Positions 1-13,010 of a stretch of DNA of 64,000 nucleotides are shown piece by piece (within the stretch, counting starts at the first letter, position 1; each line of letters begins with the position of its first letter). The position numbers and the translations under genes were made by a program. The DNA is from Octopus vulgaris. Taxonomy: Eukaryota. Location of the stretch: assembly GCA_951406725.2 (NCBI GenBank), contig OX597832.1:32240001-32304000 (forward strand), given 5' to 3'. The notes beneath the pieces are model-generated. The model was not told the DNA's origin. It ran no database searches and saw only the letters and a program-made list of their open reading frames with translations.

Positions 1-477
1 AATAATGAAAATCAAGTGTCATGTTTTTGGCATCAACGTTTCGCAAATTGCAGTAATATTTCTATTATAATTTGGAGAGGAAGAATGGTGTTGTTGATCA
101 TTCCGCATCACTTGGTGCACCTCAGTCGCTAAGCTGCCGGTAAAAATATTAGTTAATCATTCACGTATTTATCTTTAATAATAGACAGTTATATAGGAAG
201 TGTCTTGTTAGTTACTCTGGTGACAACGATCTAGTTATCTCTCTCTCTTTCTCTTCCTCTGTTTTTCATTCAACAACAGCCTGTTTTTTCATGAAAGACA
301 TTTTCATTCTCTCGTTTACCTACGCACACGCGCACGAAAACGCACAAACACGCATACAAACTTACACAAACATATTCACGCACATACACACATACACACA
401 TGTACACAAAGTATTTCTCTCTTATAGCAGTACGTTTTTCTACTTTCTAATTATTGTTAGAAATAAGATTATATAGA

Positions 478-520
478 GACGCAGGCGTGGCTGTGTGGTA
501 AGAAGCTTGATTTACCTACT
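478..520 (+). mobile_element. SINE family B, 5' head fragment only
   Basis: gcaggcgtggctgtgtggtaagaagcttg matches the head of the longer copy at 21609 (gcacagaagtggctgtgtggtaagtagcttg). Confidence 0.6.
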
Positions 521-1076
521 TCCACTTCCGGTTGTGTCAGTGCAGAAGTCGGGACGCTAGTGTAACAGCTGGCGAAATATTGATTGAAATAGAAGCTCAG
601 ATGTAAAGTAAAACTTTTGCTTTTGGAGTCCAGTGGCGGATTGTTGCTTGCTGTATTATTTTTTGTACAAACAAAAAAATCACTGGATTCTGGACTCTGG
701 TCTGCCTACGGTTGGGCAAAATTGTTCACTTTTAAGTGAATTATTTTTGTGCATATCCTCTGCCGCCATAAAGTGTGGAATTTTTTGCTGCTGTCAAAAA
801 ATTTTCCTCGTTGTGTATTTACAATTTAACGGTAAATTATTTTTTGTTCCTTCTACTGTGTCCCCGACACAACGGGAGTACCTTGCTTGGAAACTACAAG
901 TATAACTGAGGCGTCCTCCCGAGAGAGAACATAAATACAGTTCTGTCAATTATATTTGGGGGTATATTTCAAATGTCTTCGTTTTGGAGCTCCGAAGCCG
1001 GAAATGACAAAATAATTTCTGCATAGAAGCCTGCCGGTTAGAGAACATGGTTATGTATATAGATATACGTGTGTGC

Positions 1077-1127
1077 ATGTATGTATGTATGTATGTATGT
1101 ATGTATGTATGTATGTATGTATGTATG

Positions 1128-1161
<34 letters not shown>

Positions 1162-1172
1162 TGTATGTATGT
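1077..1172. repeat. (TATG)n microsatellite
   Basis: Direct reading. Confidence 0.95.
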
Positions 1173-1490
1173 GTGAAGGCGCGTGGCCTTGATGGGATCG
1201 TTTCCCGGACCCTTCAAGTTGCTCTAATGGAAATGGCTAACCCTGAGGCGGAGGAATCTTCCGATCAGGTGTGATGCTGACCTGCACGCCGATCCAGCAG
1301 GAGTGACAATATTCGAAAGCTAAAACGATACAAAGCACATTGTAACCAGCGATGTATAACAGCATCCGATCGCTCAGTGTGATCACACACGTGGTCGACT
1401 GTGCGCGCGCGTGTGTATAATGGTGATGAGCTTTATGAACGAGGGCGCCCTCTGAAACAGTAACCATATCTCCTTCACACGCTACTTTCC
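1173..1490 (+). mobile_element. Degenerate or composite SINE (C/D-like head start, family D-like tail)
   Basis: Starts gtgaaggcgcgtggc like the head at 42801. The segment ctaaaacgatacaaagcacattgtaaccagcgatgtataacagcatc (1320-1366) matches the tail of the minus-strand SINE at 44155-44453. Confidence 0.55.
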
Positions 1491-1869
1491 TTGAGGAAAC
1501 GAACTGGAGAGCTGTCGTCTGCTGGCATGACACCTTATCGTCTGCTCTAAATAGCCTCGTTGTGGCTCAGTGACACACTGAATTTCTCAGCAATGGTTTG
1601 CATAACAATGCAAACCTCATTACATACCCTGCAGTGTCTTCTAATTGCTTTTCTTCTTTCTTAAATAAGTGAGGCGTCAGCAGAAATCTTCCGAACCAAA
1701 AAAAAAAAAAAAAAACAAAAGGAAAAAATATAGTGAAAGTGAGAGACTGTCAATTGCAGCTTGGTAATGGCGATGACAATGGCAAATAACTACAACAGCA
1801 ACAACAAACTAGAAAAAAACCCCACAAAAACATAGCAAAACATAACTCCAGCACCTATATCGCGCCAAC

Positions 1870-1938
1870 ATCATGATTATTTCGATGACGATGACGTCGA
1901 TGATGATGAGATGGCGATGACGATGACGACGACGACAA

Positions 1939-1969
<31 letters not shown>

Positions 1970-2190
1970 GCGTAGATGATGATGATGAAGATGATGATGA
2001 TGACGACGATGATGATGATAATGATAATTATGATGATGGTGATTACGATGACGACGACGTCGACGACTATGATTATCATGACGTTGATGTCGATGTCGAT
2101 GTTGATGTTGATGATGGTGTTGATGATGGTATGATGATGGTAATGATGGTGATGATGATGATGACGACGATGATGACGATGATGATGATA

Positions 2191-2248
<58 letters not shown>

Positions 2249-2347
2249 CGATGGAGGTGATGATAATTTTCATCAACGTCATTTTCATCACTACCACAAC
2301 AACAACACTAACACCACCACCATCATCATCATCATCATCATCACCAC

Positions 2348-2388
<41 letters not shown>

Positions 2389-2998
2389 CCATCATCATCA
2401 TCATTTTCTTCATCATCATTGCCGTCCACCACCCTCTCCTCATTATCAGTTTATCATCACCACCATTACCACCACCACCACCACCACCACCACCACCACC
2501 ACCATCATCATCACCACTAATTTGCAAAAAAAAGCAACAACACCAACTGCGATGATAGCAGACTCTCCAGAATAATAATCATCAGAACTCCCACCTCCAC
2601 CCGCCCCACACACTCACCTCAACAAGTAACAACAACAACAACAACAACAACAATAGGAGCAGTGTAAACAACGACAACAGCAATAACGATAACTTTATAA
2701 CATCTGCAGCAGCCATTACAATAGATACAGCAATGACGAGAAGAAGAAGAACAATGTAAACAACAATGGCGACGGGGGTGGGTGGGGGAGGTGGAACAAC
2801 AACAGGTTGGACACGCGGAATAAAATCCACAGCGACAACAACAAATATAAGGACAATAACAACAACAACAATAATAATAATAATAATACAGTGGCCTTTG
2901 GAAGTGAATGCATTCAGCAAAGGAAAACCACAGCAACGCCAGCGGCAGCAGCAGCAGCAGCAGCAGTAGTGACAGCAGCAGCCATTAAAAGACCAATT

Positions 2999-3053
<55 letters not shown>

Positions 3054-3245
3054 CACAATAAAAAAACAGCAGCTGTGACGGAGACATGAAACAAAATGCG
3101 ACCCCCACCACCCACCCACCCACCCACAAACAAACAAACAACTGAGAAACAACAGCAGCAGGAAAAGAAATGAATTAAACAAAGAAAATCAGAAACTCAA
3201 AGGCAACAACAACAACAACATCAATAAGAACGTCAATAACAACTG
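1870..3245. repeat. Compound microsatellite block (GAT/GAC, CAT/CAC, CAA/TAA/CAG, GA)
   Basis: Direct reading. It explains the poly-M/I/D/S/H/Q ORFs in the track. Confidence 0.95.
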
Positions 3246-3878
3246 TAGCCGAATGCGAAACTTTAGTTTGGTGGTGTATTTGGTTTAAAAGAAACCCATG
3301 GTAACGTCTTCTAGTGTCAGATACGAGGATGATTCCCTACAACTAAGTCCAGAGTTACGTACGTCGGTAAAGTGTCATAGACCCAAGGAAAATAGATGGC
3401 TGGAGGAAGGGGGTATAAAGGTTTTTGCTGAAAGACACGACGCGCCGGTGGGAATCGAACTCATGGCAGTACAAAATGCTCTGAGAATAGTTAGAATATT
3501 TGTTTTGATATATTTAAAGCTTTAACCGGTTTCATAGTTTCCACAGATTTTCAAAAAGTTCAAATAGAAAGATTCAGCTCATGTCGCAGCTGTCTTCTTT
3601 CTGACTAGAGTTTGAAGATTGCCCCGTTTTATAGGTAGTTCTTGGCTCAAATTAGCATATGCTTTGAATAGAATTTGATTGGTAGAGAATAGTCACATGA
3701 TTGGTCTTAGAAATTTCTGTAGGTTCCCCGTTACGTCCGCGTGTTAGTTTCAAGTGGCCATGTTTGGCGTTAAAAGTTCAAGCTTTCACAGTTGACTGAA
3801 CATGTCCAAACAATCAATGCTCTGAATGTTTACTTTCAAGTATGTTTATACCCGTACGGAATAAGATAACTTTGCTTG

Positions 3879-3929
<51 letters not shown>

Positions 3930-4659
3930 GATATAGATATAGATAACTATTTAAGTGTGCACAGATACAAACACACATACACACACACACGCACACCCTC
4001 ACATACACACACATAAACACTCATATATATACGCAAAGGCACACATGCATAAGACATTATATAACCTAGTGTTATAATTTCTACGAGCTTCATTTTGAAA
4101 AACCAATTATTCCTTATACTTAATTTTTTTGTGATTCGAAACACAAAACATGCATACGTACCTATAGCTCTGTAAAGACCCATCCAGAGAGGATGGCAAA
4201 CAAAATTAAAGTGGTAGCAAATTCAACTAAAAAGTCAACGAGATGAAGCAATTACTTTAAGAGAATATGTATCCGACGCTTTAACGAAGCAGTAATTCGC
4301 CGAAGGAAAATGTTCTCGAGGAAAAAACAAGTTGATCATTACGAGAAATTAAAAATTCATTTCCCATAAAATTGAATTTTCATGCTCAGTTGACAGAGAT
4401 AACATCAAATACGATTTTGTTATCGCTATTTCGTTGTTGTATGTGTTACATTAATTTAATGGAGGTGCAAGTGTATTGAGAAAGATACGGAGGGAGCAAA
4501 TGGAAGAAAAAAACTTCCACATTTTGCGGGTTCAGCAACCTCTCTACAGCAAACGCACGGGGTGAACAGGTTTGTAACGACTTAAAAAGAAGAAAAGCAG
4601 ACAAAATATCAGATACACCGTCGAAACCTGATGACCTTCACTACAATAGACATATCAGT

Positions 4660-4845
4660 TCTAAATTTTGACACAAGGCCAGCAAATTCCGCGAGATCGG
4701 TGAGTCAAGTATTACGACCCCAGTGCGCAGCTGGTACTAGTCAACCACGAAATGATGAAAGGTGAAGACGACCTCGGCAGATTTGAACTCAGCACGTACA
4801 AACGGATGAAATGCTGCTAAGCAATTTTTTTCAGAATGCTAACTA
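4660..4845 (-). mobile_element. tRNA-derived SINE family A (degenerate)
   Basis: gaccccagtgcgcagctggtact...gacctcggcagatttgaactcag is the reverse complement of the copies at 7347 and 20488. Confidence 0.8.
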
Positions 4846-4846
4846 T

Positions 4847-5340
4847 CCTTTCTGCTATAGGCACGAGGCCTGAAATTGGAGAAAGGGGGTAGTTGATTAC
4901 ATGGACCCCATTGTTTCAGTGGTACATAATTTATCGAAATCGAAAGGAAGAATGACCTCAGTGGATTTTGAACTCGGACACCCGGTGAGATAACGATTCT
5001 GCCAGTTGGACACCTTGTCATGCTAACAATTCTGCTTGCTGCATGCCTTAGCATGTTAACAATTCTGCAACTGGCTGCCTTGGCATGCTATCACCTCTAC
5101 AGCTGGCCGCCTTGGCATGCTAACAATTCTGCAGCTGGCCGCATTGGCTTGCTAACAATTCTCTCGTCTTGCATTTTGGTATACTACCAATTCTGCCAAC
5201 TGGCCGCCTTGGCATGCTGACAATTCTGCTTGCTGCATGCCTTGACATGCTAACAATCCTGCAGCTGGCTGCCTTGGCATGCTAACGATTCTGCAGCTGG
5301 CTGCCTTGGCATGCTAGCAATTTTGCCAGCTCACCGTCTT
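4847..5340 (-). mobile_element. SINE family A with tandemly amplified 5' head
   Basis: Body at 4847-4980, followed by 32-33 bp units (tgctaacaattctgcagctggccgccttggca) matching the reverse complement of the SINE head. Confidence 0.8.
4991..5340. repeat. Minisatellite, about 11 x 32-33 bp
   Basis: Units start at about 4991, 5021, 5054, 5086, 5118, 5150, 5182, 5215, 5248, 5280 and 5312. Confidence 0.9.
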
Positions 5341-5814
5341 CACTACCTTATATACATCGATAACAAGGAATGTGGTATTTTTTTTTTTGCCACTTACTAT
5401 TTACCTGGTTTCAATTGGGGATAGACTTTGGTGAGCCTGGAACTTTCATTTTATTTCTTTGAATCCAAGGCATATTCAATTCCCAAGCGTTATACACATA
5501 CTCCATGATTTTCTAAATTCCAACAAAATGTATGCTTGATGTTACTCGAAGTTAAAATAAAAATCAAAATCCAACTCAGTTGAGAAAACATAAAACTATA
5601 AAATTCCGAATGTGTTTCAGCTAAAGCTTCGGTATTTTTAGGCCGGGGCAATTATTTCCATAAAGATTGGTTCACCTAGTTCTTGAAAGTTTGGAAATAA
5701 AGGTCAATAGAGTCGAATCTCCATTAATAGAAACGTCACAGCATGAAAGGTCACGCACTAGCTTCTGCGAGTGATTTACCAACTTTATATTTGTACATAC
5801 AGACACATAAGTAG

Positions 5815-5848
5815 GTACACACACACACACACACATATATGTACAAAC

Positions 5849-5914
<66 letters not shown>

Positions 5915-6041
5915 ACACACATACATATACACATGTATGCACACAAACACACACACATATGTGTATATATGTACAATCAGGCTGATACATAGATAGATAG
6001 ATTCATAGGAAGATAGATAGACAGATATATAATTCAGTAGG

Positions 6042-6079
<38 letters not shown>

Positions 6080-6090
6080 CGTATATATAT
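5815..6090. repeat. (CA)n/(TA)n/(GATA)n microsatellites
   Basis: Direct reading. Confidence 0.9.
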
Positions 6091-6547
6091 TAATTCCGGC
6101 AATATTCATCCATATAGTTTAACAATAATTCCTACATAATGTTCACAATTTAATTCCAGTGTTTTTAGATTGTCACTGGAAAAGTATACATTGAAACATA
6201 CATACATACATCTGTACGTTCGTACGTATGTATATATATATATATATATATGAAACATATATAAACGTACATCCATATACGCACATACATACACATACGC
6301 ACATACATACATGCACACACACACACACACACGTTCCCGGCATCCGGTCTTTGACATATTAAATGCTTCGAATCACAACACCAAACATTTATCAAATGGA
6401 AGATTAGATCTAAAATTACTTTCTCCTCCTTTCTCCTGAAACAATAACGGCCGCCATATTTGGACGTACGTGATATATTATTGTCAGCCTGAATTTTGCC
6501 AAAAGTGGTTACCATTTAAATTGATGCCATATACCATTTCAGTCTGT

Positions 6548-7112
6548 GGAGGCGGTGGTGCGGACGATAGTGGTGGTGGTGGTGGTACTGGTTAAGGGGG
6601 AGGAGGCACAACTGGTGCTGGTAACCATGGCTGTGAGTGTTGTGGTAGTAGTACTAGTGTTTAGTGGCGCGATCGTGCTAATGGTGCTGGAAGTGTTCGT
6701 GAGTTGGTAGTGGTGGTGGTGTTGGCTGGTAGCAGTGTTGCTGATGGTAGAGGTCGTGGTAGTACGGTGGTAGACGTTGTAGAGATGGTGGTAGTGAAGA
6801 GTTTGTTTTTGTCAGTGGGCAGGTGGTTGCTGATGGTTGTTGGTATCGTAGTGGTGGTAGCGGTGTCGGCAGGGCTTCTGTGCTGCTGCTGCTGTTCATA
6901 GTAATGGTGATGGTGGTGGTGGTGAAAAATAATGGTAATGAAGAGAAGTACAAAGGTAATGAAGTAGAGGTAATTATATGGATGATGATGATGATGATGG
7001 CGGTGGTGGTGTTGACGATAAGAAGTTATGGTAAAAATAACGGCACGGTAAAGGCAGTCGTTTCGGTGAAAATTTTTGGCGTTGCTAATGTTCTGATGTT
7101 GGTGATGATGGT
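6548..7112. repeat. Degenerate (GGT/GAT)n low-complexity tract
   Basis: Period-3 G-N-T pattern throughout. Confidence 0.8.
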
Positions 7113-7346
7113 GTCAGTAGTCTCTCAGTAGTCTCTCATGAGTGTCTCTCATAGTCCATGAGAGACGTTTCCTCAAACATTTGCTGAATAACCTGCACAA
7201 ACAATTTTCTCTATAGTGATCGAAAGTATGTGCTCTGTATTCAGTCAAGCCCCTCATCTTGTCGATGTCACCTGTACAGGTGCGTGGTATACCAAACCTC
7301 AGGTGTCAAAGGGATCGCTGAGCAGCGTGAGACGAAATGGTTTGGT

Positions 7347-7573
7347 CTGGCAGAAACGTTAGCACGTCGGGCGAAATGCGTAGCCGTATTTCGTCTGCCG
7401 TTACGTTCTGAGTTCGAATTCCACCGAGGTCGCCTTTGCCTTTCCTCCTTTCGGGAGCGATAAATTAAGTACCAGTTACGTACTGGGGTCGATGTAATCG
7501 ACATAATCCGTCTGTCTGTCCTTGTTTGTCCCCTCTGTGTTTAGCCCCTTCTGGGTAGTAAAGAAATAGGTAT
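7347..7573 (+). mobile_element. tRNA-derived SINE family A, near full length
   Basis: A-box-like tggcagaaacgttag and B-box gagttcgaattcc. Closely similar to 20488-20710. Confidence 0.9.
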
Positions 7574-7727
7574 CAAATTTAGGCCAGCAAATTCAAGGGA
7601 AGATGTAAGTCAATTATAGCGAGACAAGTGTTCAATTGGTAGCTATTTGATCGACCCCGACTGAATGAAAAGCAATGTCGAACTCAGTGGTGTTTGGACG
7701 TAAAGTCGAAAGCAATGTCGCCGAGCA
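7574..7727 (-). mobile_element. SINE family A, degenerate, tail-to-tail with the previous copy
   Basis: tcgaccccgactgaatgaaaagcaatgtcga resembles the reverse complement of the family core. Confidence 0.6.
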
Positions 7728-7945
7728 TTATAGTAACGTAGGTAAGAACAAGAACGAAATTGAAACATTCTGTAGTTTCTCGTAAAATATAGAAAATAAC
7801 TGCCAAATATTTATTATGCCTTCAGTCTTGCTGTATATTAAAACAGCCATAACAAGACAATCACCTTCCGGTAAATTTAATGCGTGAAGCCATACAAAGA
7901 TTTTGCAGACGAATAATTGACGTTGTGATGGTGTTGGAAGTTGAG

Positions 7946-7993
7946 AACGGAATTGTGATAAACGGTAGTCGAAAATGGCGACTGCTGCTGCTG

Positions 7994-8067
<74 letters not shown>

Positions 8068-8242
8068 GTTGGTATTACTGAAGGAACATGTGATAAACGG
8101 AATTGTGGTAAACGGTAGTCTAAAATGGCGACTGCTGCTGCTGCTACTACTACTACTACTACTACTACTACTGTTGGTATTACTGAAGGAACATGTGATA
8201 AACGGAATTGTGATAAACGGTAGTCTAAAATGGCGACTGCTG

Positions 8243-8301
<59 letters not shown>

Positions 8302-8324
8302 GTTGGTATTACCGAAGGAACATG
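7946..8324. repeat. Compound tandem repeat, 3 copies, each with an embedded (CTG)(CTA)n tract
   Basis: aacggaattgtg..aaacggtagtc.aaaatggcgactgctg(cta)n ctgttggtattac.gaaggaacatg starts at 7946, 8096 and 8201. Confidence 0.9.
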
Positions 8325-8339
8325 CTTATTTTAATCATT

Positions 8340-9160
<821 letters not shown>

Positions 9161-9529
9161 TATTTATGAGCCAAAAATAATCATCATAATCTTCACGATG
9201 TGCTACAGCAAGGTTCGAGGTGATGTTTATAAAACAGACATTCTTAAATAATGAAAAAATATTAATGCAGATTAAAATGACACTAAAAAAAAATACTGAA
9301 AAAATTATAATAATTATAATTATAATAGAAATGCTCAAAAAATTAATTTGAATATTAAAAATAAAATTAAAAATATCCATCACAAAAATCGAATTAATAA
9401 ACAATTTAAAAAGTGGATATTCAAAAATGACAACCGATTACAAATCCCTCTGTTTCGTTGCCGTTCTCTTATTTCTGAAATATTTTTCTGTTATTTTGGT
9501 TTTAATTTTTATTAATTTTTCTCTTTCGC

Positions 9530-10016
9530 CTGTTCCTTGTTTCAGTCATTAAAGTGCAGCCATGTTGGAGCATGGTCCCTGAAGAGCTTTCAATCGAAGG
9601 AATCGAACCAGGAATTCCAGTTTTTTTAGTAAAACTGGTGCTTATCCTATAAGTCTCTTTTGTTGAACCGCTAATTAGTCTGATGCAGATACAGCATCTC
9701 TGGTTGTCAAGCGGTGGTGATGGTGGGAGGGATCTACAAACACAGTTACAAATATACACAGGCGGACACACACATAGAACACATACGCGCACATACAGAC
9801 TAACATACGTTCACATACACACACGCACGCACACATACGTGTACGTACTTACGACAGGCGCCTTTCACTATGAGTACCAAATCCACTCAAGACGTTTCGG
9901 TCGGTCCAAGTATTATCATGGAAGTCACTTCTTCAATGTGCCACGTAGTGGAAGTGAACCCGGAACCATGTGCTTCGGATGCAACCCTGTTACTACACAT
10001 CCATGCCTGCGCCTCC
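9530..10016 (-). mobile_element. SINE family B with internal (CA)n tract, degenerate
   Basis: Tail gtttcagtcatt...gcagccatgttggagca and head gaacccggaaccatgtg...gcctgcgcc match the reverse complement of 21609-21970. Confidence 0.75.
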
Positions 10017-10394
10017 ACACAGATAAACCTAACTCAAACGCGTTGCTGTCCTCATTCTTTTACTGCACGTAAGCCCCAACCCCACCGCAATCCTCCACCA
10101 ATCTCTGTGACTTCATTGCTTTTGAATCACGTCTTTTGTCAGAATATTCACTGAGATTACATTAAGATTTATCTGTTTTGTATCGACGAAATTTCTTGAA
10201 ATTCTTTGAGGATCTAACCCAAAAAGACCTGCGTTAGCTTCAACATTTACTTTTACACACTTTTACTATTTATATGCTCTTGAAACGAACCGATTTCCAT
10301 GCTTTTACACGTTTTGCAAATGTCTGACTCAGACGTAAACAGAAACGGTTCGCTCCAATAAAGTGGCCGTGGTAACTTGACAAATAATAAATAG

Positions 10395-10617
10395 GCTTCT
10401 ATTATTTCCGGGCACAAGACAGAATTAAAGAGTAATGATGATACAACTACTACTACTGGGAAGGAGACAAGTCAGTTATATCGGTTCCAATGCTCAAGTG
10501 GTATTTATTTTATTGACCCCCTTAAGGGATAAAAGGTAAAGTGGGCCTCGACGGAATTTGAACTCAGAACGTAAAGACGTTCGTATATTGCTAGTCATGC
10601 TAAAGATTCGCCGCCTC
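10395..10617 (-). mobile_element. SINE family A, degenerate
   Basis: ggaatttgaactcagaacgtaaagac...tcgccgcc. Confidence 0.65.
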
Positions 10618-10619
10618 AA

Positions 10620-10630
10620 TAATAAAAATA

Positions 10631-10662
<32 letters not shown>

Positions 10663-10699
10663 AATGATGATGATGATGATGATGATGATGATAATAATG

Positions 10700-10775
<76 letters not shown>

Positions 10776-10790
10776 TAATAATGATAATAA

Positions 10791-10821
<31 letters not shown>

Positions 10822-10858
10822 AAGAAGAAGAAGAAGAATAAGAAGAAGAAGAAGACAA
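10620..10858. repeat. (GAT)n(AAT)n(GAA)n compound microsatellite
   Basis: Direct reading. Confidence 0.95.
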
Positions 10859-11940
10859 TAAGTTGCTGACTAGATATGGAATACTCCACCAAAAAATAAC
10901 TCAGACAAACTCTATGTACCAAGGAAAACAGAGGGAAGAGGACTTATTGGATGCGAACACAGCATTAGGGAGCAAACAATGTAGCATTATATGTAAAAAT
11001 TCTACAGAACCACTATTATTGGAAGTAAGAAGGGCAGGCTTGTGTAGGATAGAAGATTGCAAAGATAAAGCACCTGACTATGAATTAAACTGAAAATAGG
11101 TAGACGAAGGACAGAATGCATAGACAATTTCATGGGGATGTTGAAGATAAGACAAACAGAGAAAAAAGATGGCTGTGGATAACTAGAATTATTTAAAACC
11201 GGAAATGGAGGCTGTGCTGCCCAGAAACAAGCATTATACAGAATAGCCAACATATCAGAAAGTGATAAGTGAATGAATTTGAGGACAAAATGGTGAAACC
11301 GTATGGCATATTACCAGCCAATGTACGCCACTAGTCCAGAAAGAATATAAGAAACGTTATGACAATATAGCAAGCCTTGTCCATTGGACACTTTGCAACA
11401 ATTATGGACTTGACAGAGCAAAAAAGTGATACGAACATAAACCCGAAGACCAGATCGAAAATAATTATTCAAAGATCCTGTGGGATTTTATGATTCAGTG
11501 CGACGATGAGATAGAGATTAGGAAGCCAGACATTGTCTTAATTGAGTCAGAAAGCTAACTATGCTGGACCACAGATATAGCATGCCCAGCTGACGGCAAG
11601 GTATGCGATAAGGAAGAAAGAAAAGTTGATACATATGACAAGTTATCTTCCGAGGACAAGCAGTTGAGGTTGCTGAAAAGGTGGTAGTAGTACCAATAAT
11701 CGTGGGAGCCCTGGGAACAGTGAGTAAAAATCTTGAGAAGTACATGGAACAAATAGGGGCTGCAATAATGGTAGAAGACTTGCAGAAAACAACATTGATT
11801 GGAATCGCTCGAATACTCCAGATGGTGCTCGAAAAATAAAGGGTGTTACCTTAGTTCACTGGTAGTGAACAGCTGGCACCGTAGTACATCTCCTGCGTCA
11901 GAAGGTGTGCAAAGTCAATAAATAATAATAATAATAATAA
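10859..11940 (+). mobile_element. 5'-truncated R4/Dong-clade non-LTR retrotransposon (zinc knuckle and restriction-like endonuclease), pseudogenised, with (TAA)n tail
   Basis: Manual translation across frameshifts: KLYVPRKTEGRGL; WLW..CAAQKQAL; ETVWHITSQC..EYKKRYDNIASLVHWTLC; KILWDFMIQCD..RKPDIVLI; VPIIVGALGTV; LQKTTLIGIARIL. A short 3'UTR and TAA repeats follow. Confidence 0.9.
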
Positions 11941-11956
11941 TATATACACATATACA

Positions 11957-12024
<68 letters not shown>

Positions 12025-12026
12025 GT

Positions 12027-12097
<71 letters not shown>

Positions 12098-12100
12098 CAT
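11941..12100. repeat. (TA)n microsatellite
   Basis: Direct reading. Confidence 0.95.
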
Positions 12101-12109
12101 ACCTATGTC

Positions 12110-12325
12110 TGTGTATATCTTTTTGTGTTTGCGCCAACACCGCTTGACAACCTGCGTTGATTTGTTTACGTTAGTGTTTCCTAGCAGTTCGACAAAAGAG
12201 ATCGATAGAATGAGTACCAGACTTAAAATAAGCATTGGGTCGATTCGTTCGAGTAAAAGTTCTTCCAGGCAGTGCCCCAGCATGGCCGCAGTGTTTTGAC
12301 TGAAACAAATAAGAGATAAAAGAAT
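12110..12325 (+). mobile_element. SINE family B, 3' half
   Basis: cgcttgacaacc...ccccagcatggccgcagt...gactgaaacaaataagagataaaaga matches the family B tail. Confidence 0.75.
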
Positions 12326-12649
12326 AGCTATAACAGTTCTTTCTTCGATCTCTGATGTGTCTTAATGATGCGGATGATTGTGAGTAAAGGCTCTTGCGAA
12401 GGCCTACCGAGTAAGAAACCGATCTGGCGTCCTCACTCTTCGCTGCTGGGACGTCGGTTTTCTTCTCCGGATGAATATCCCAGGATGTTTGCCTTTTACG
12501 ATGTATTTACATCAACTATGACGTAATAGATATCTATTTTAATCTAATGCAGCTTCTAATGATAAACGCTTATAACTACATTAATTGGTTTTTAGAGTAG
12601 TTATGTTATTTCATTTCGATAACTTAGATAACATAGATATGTTTCGGTC

Positions 12650-13010
12650 AAAAATTGGACCAGCTCACGTCTAATTGATAGGAACTAAGTCATGTTAATT
12701 CAAGGTTTGTGGTATCAGGGCCCATTAAGGTAGGGAATTGTAAACTGAGCTCTAACCAGGTATAAGGAGCTTACCTGGTTCTCCTTGAAGAAATTTGTCC
12801 AGGTTTCGTTTGAAGGTGGTGGGATCCTTTTCTTCTTTAATTCGTTTCGGGATAATGTTAATTAGAGCAGATCCTGTCGATGAAAAGAAATTGCATTGCA
12901 ATGAACGTATGTGTTGAGAGCCTGCGTAGGGGACATTTGGAACGTGGACCCAGATTTCGGATGAATTCTGAATCTATTGTGAAGGTCGTTTGGCCAATGT
13001 TGTTGGTCTG
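12650..13010 (-). mobile_element. CR1/L2-group LINE 3' fragment (ORF2 C-terminus)
   Basis: Minus strand reads CNFFSSTGSALINIIPKRIKEEKDPTTFKRNLDKFLQ, fitting the FFS..WN.LP......FK..LD motif of CR1-group ORF2 ends. Confidence 0.65.

Noticed and set aside
1855-3182. Overlapping ORFs with poly-M/D/H/Q/L runs
   Set aside because: Trinucleotide repeats lack stop codons in several frames; this is not evidence of coding.
4991-5340. CRISPR-like array of ~32-bp repeats
   Set aside because: Units are contiguous with no unique spacers, there are no cas genes, the context is eukaryotic and the unit derives from a SINE head.
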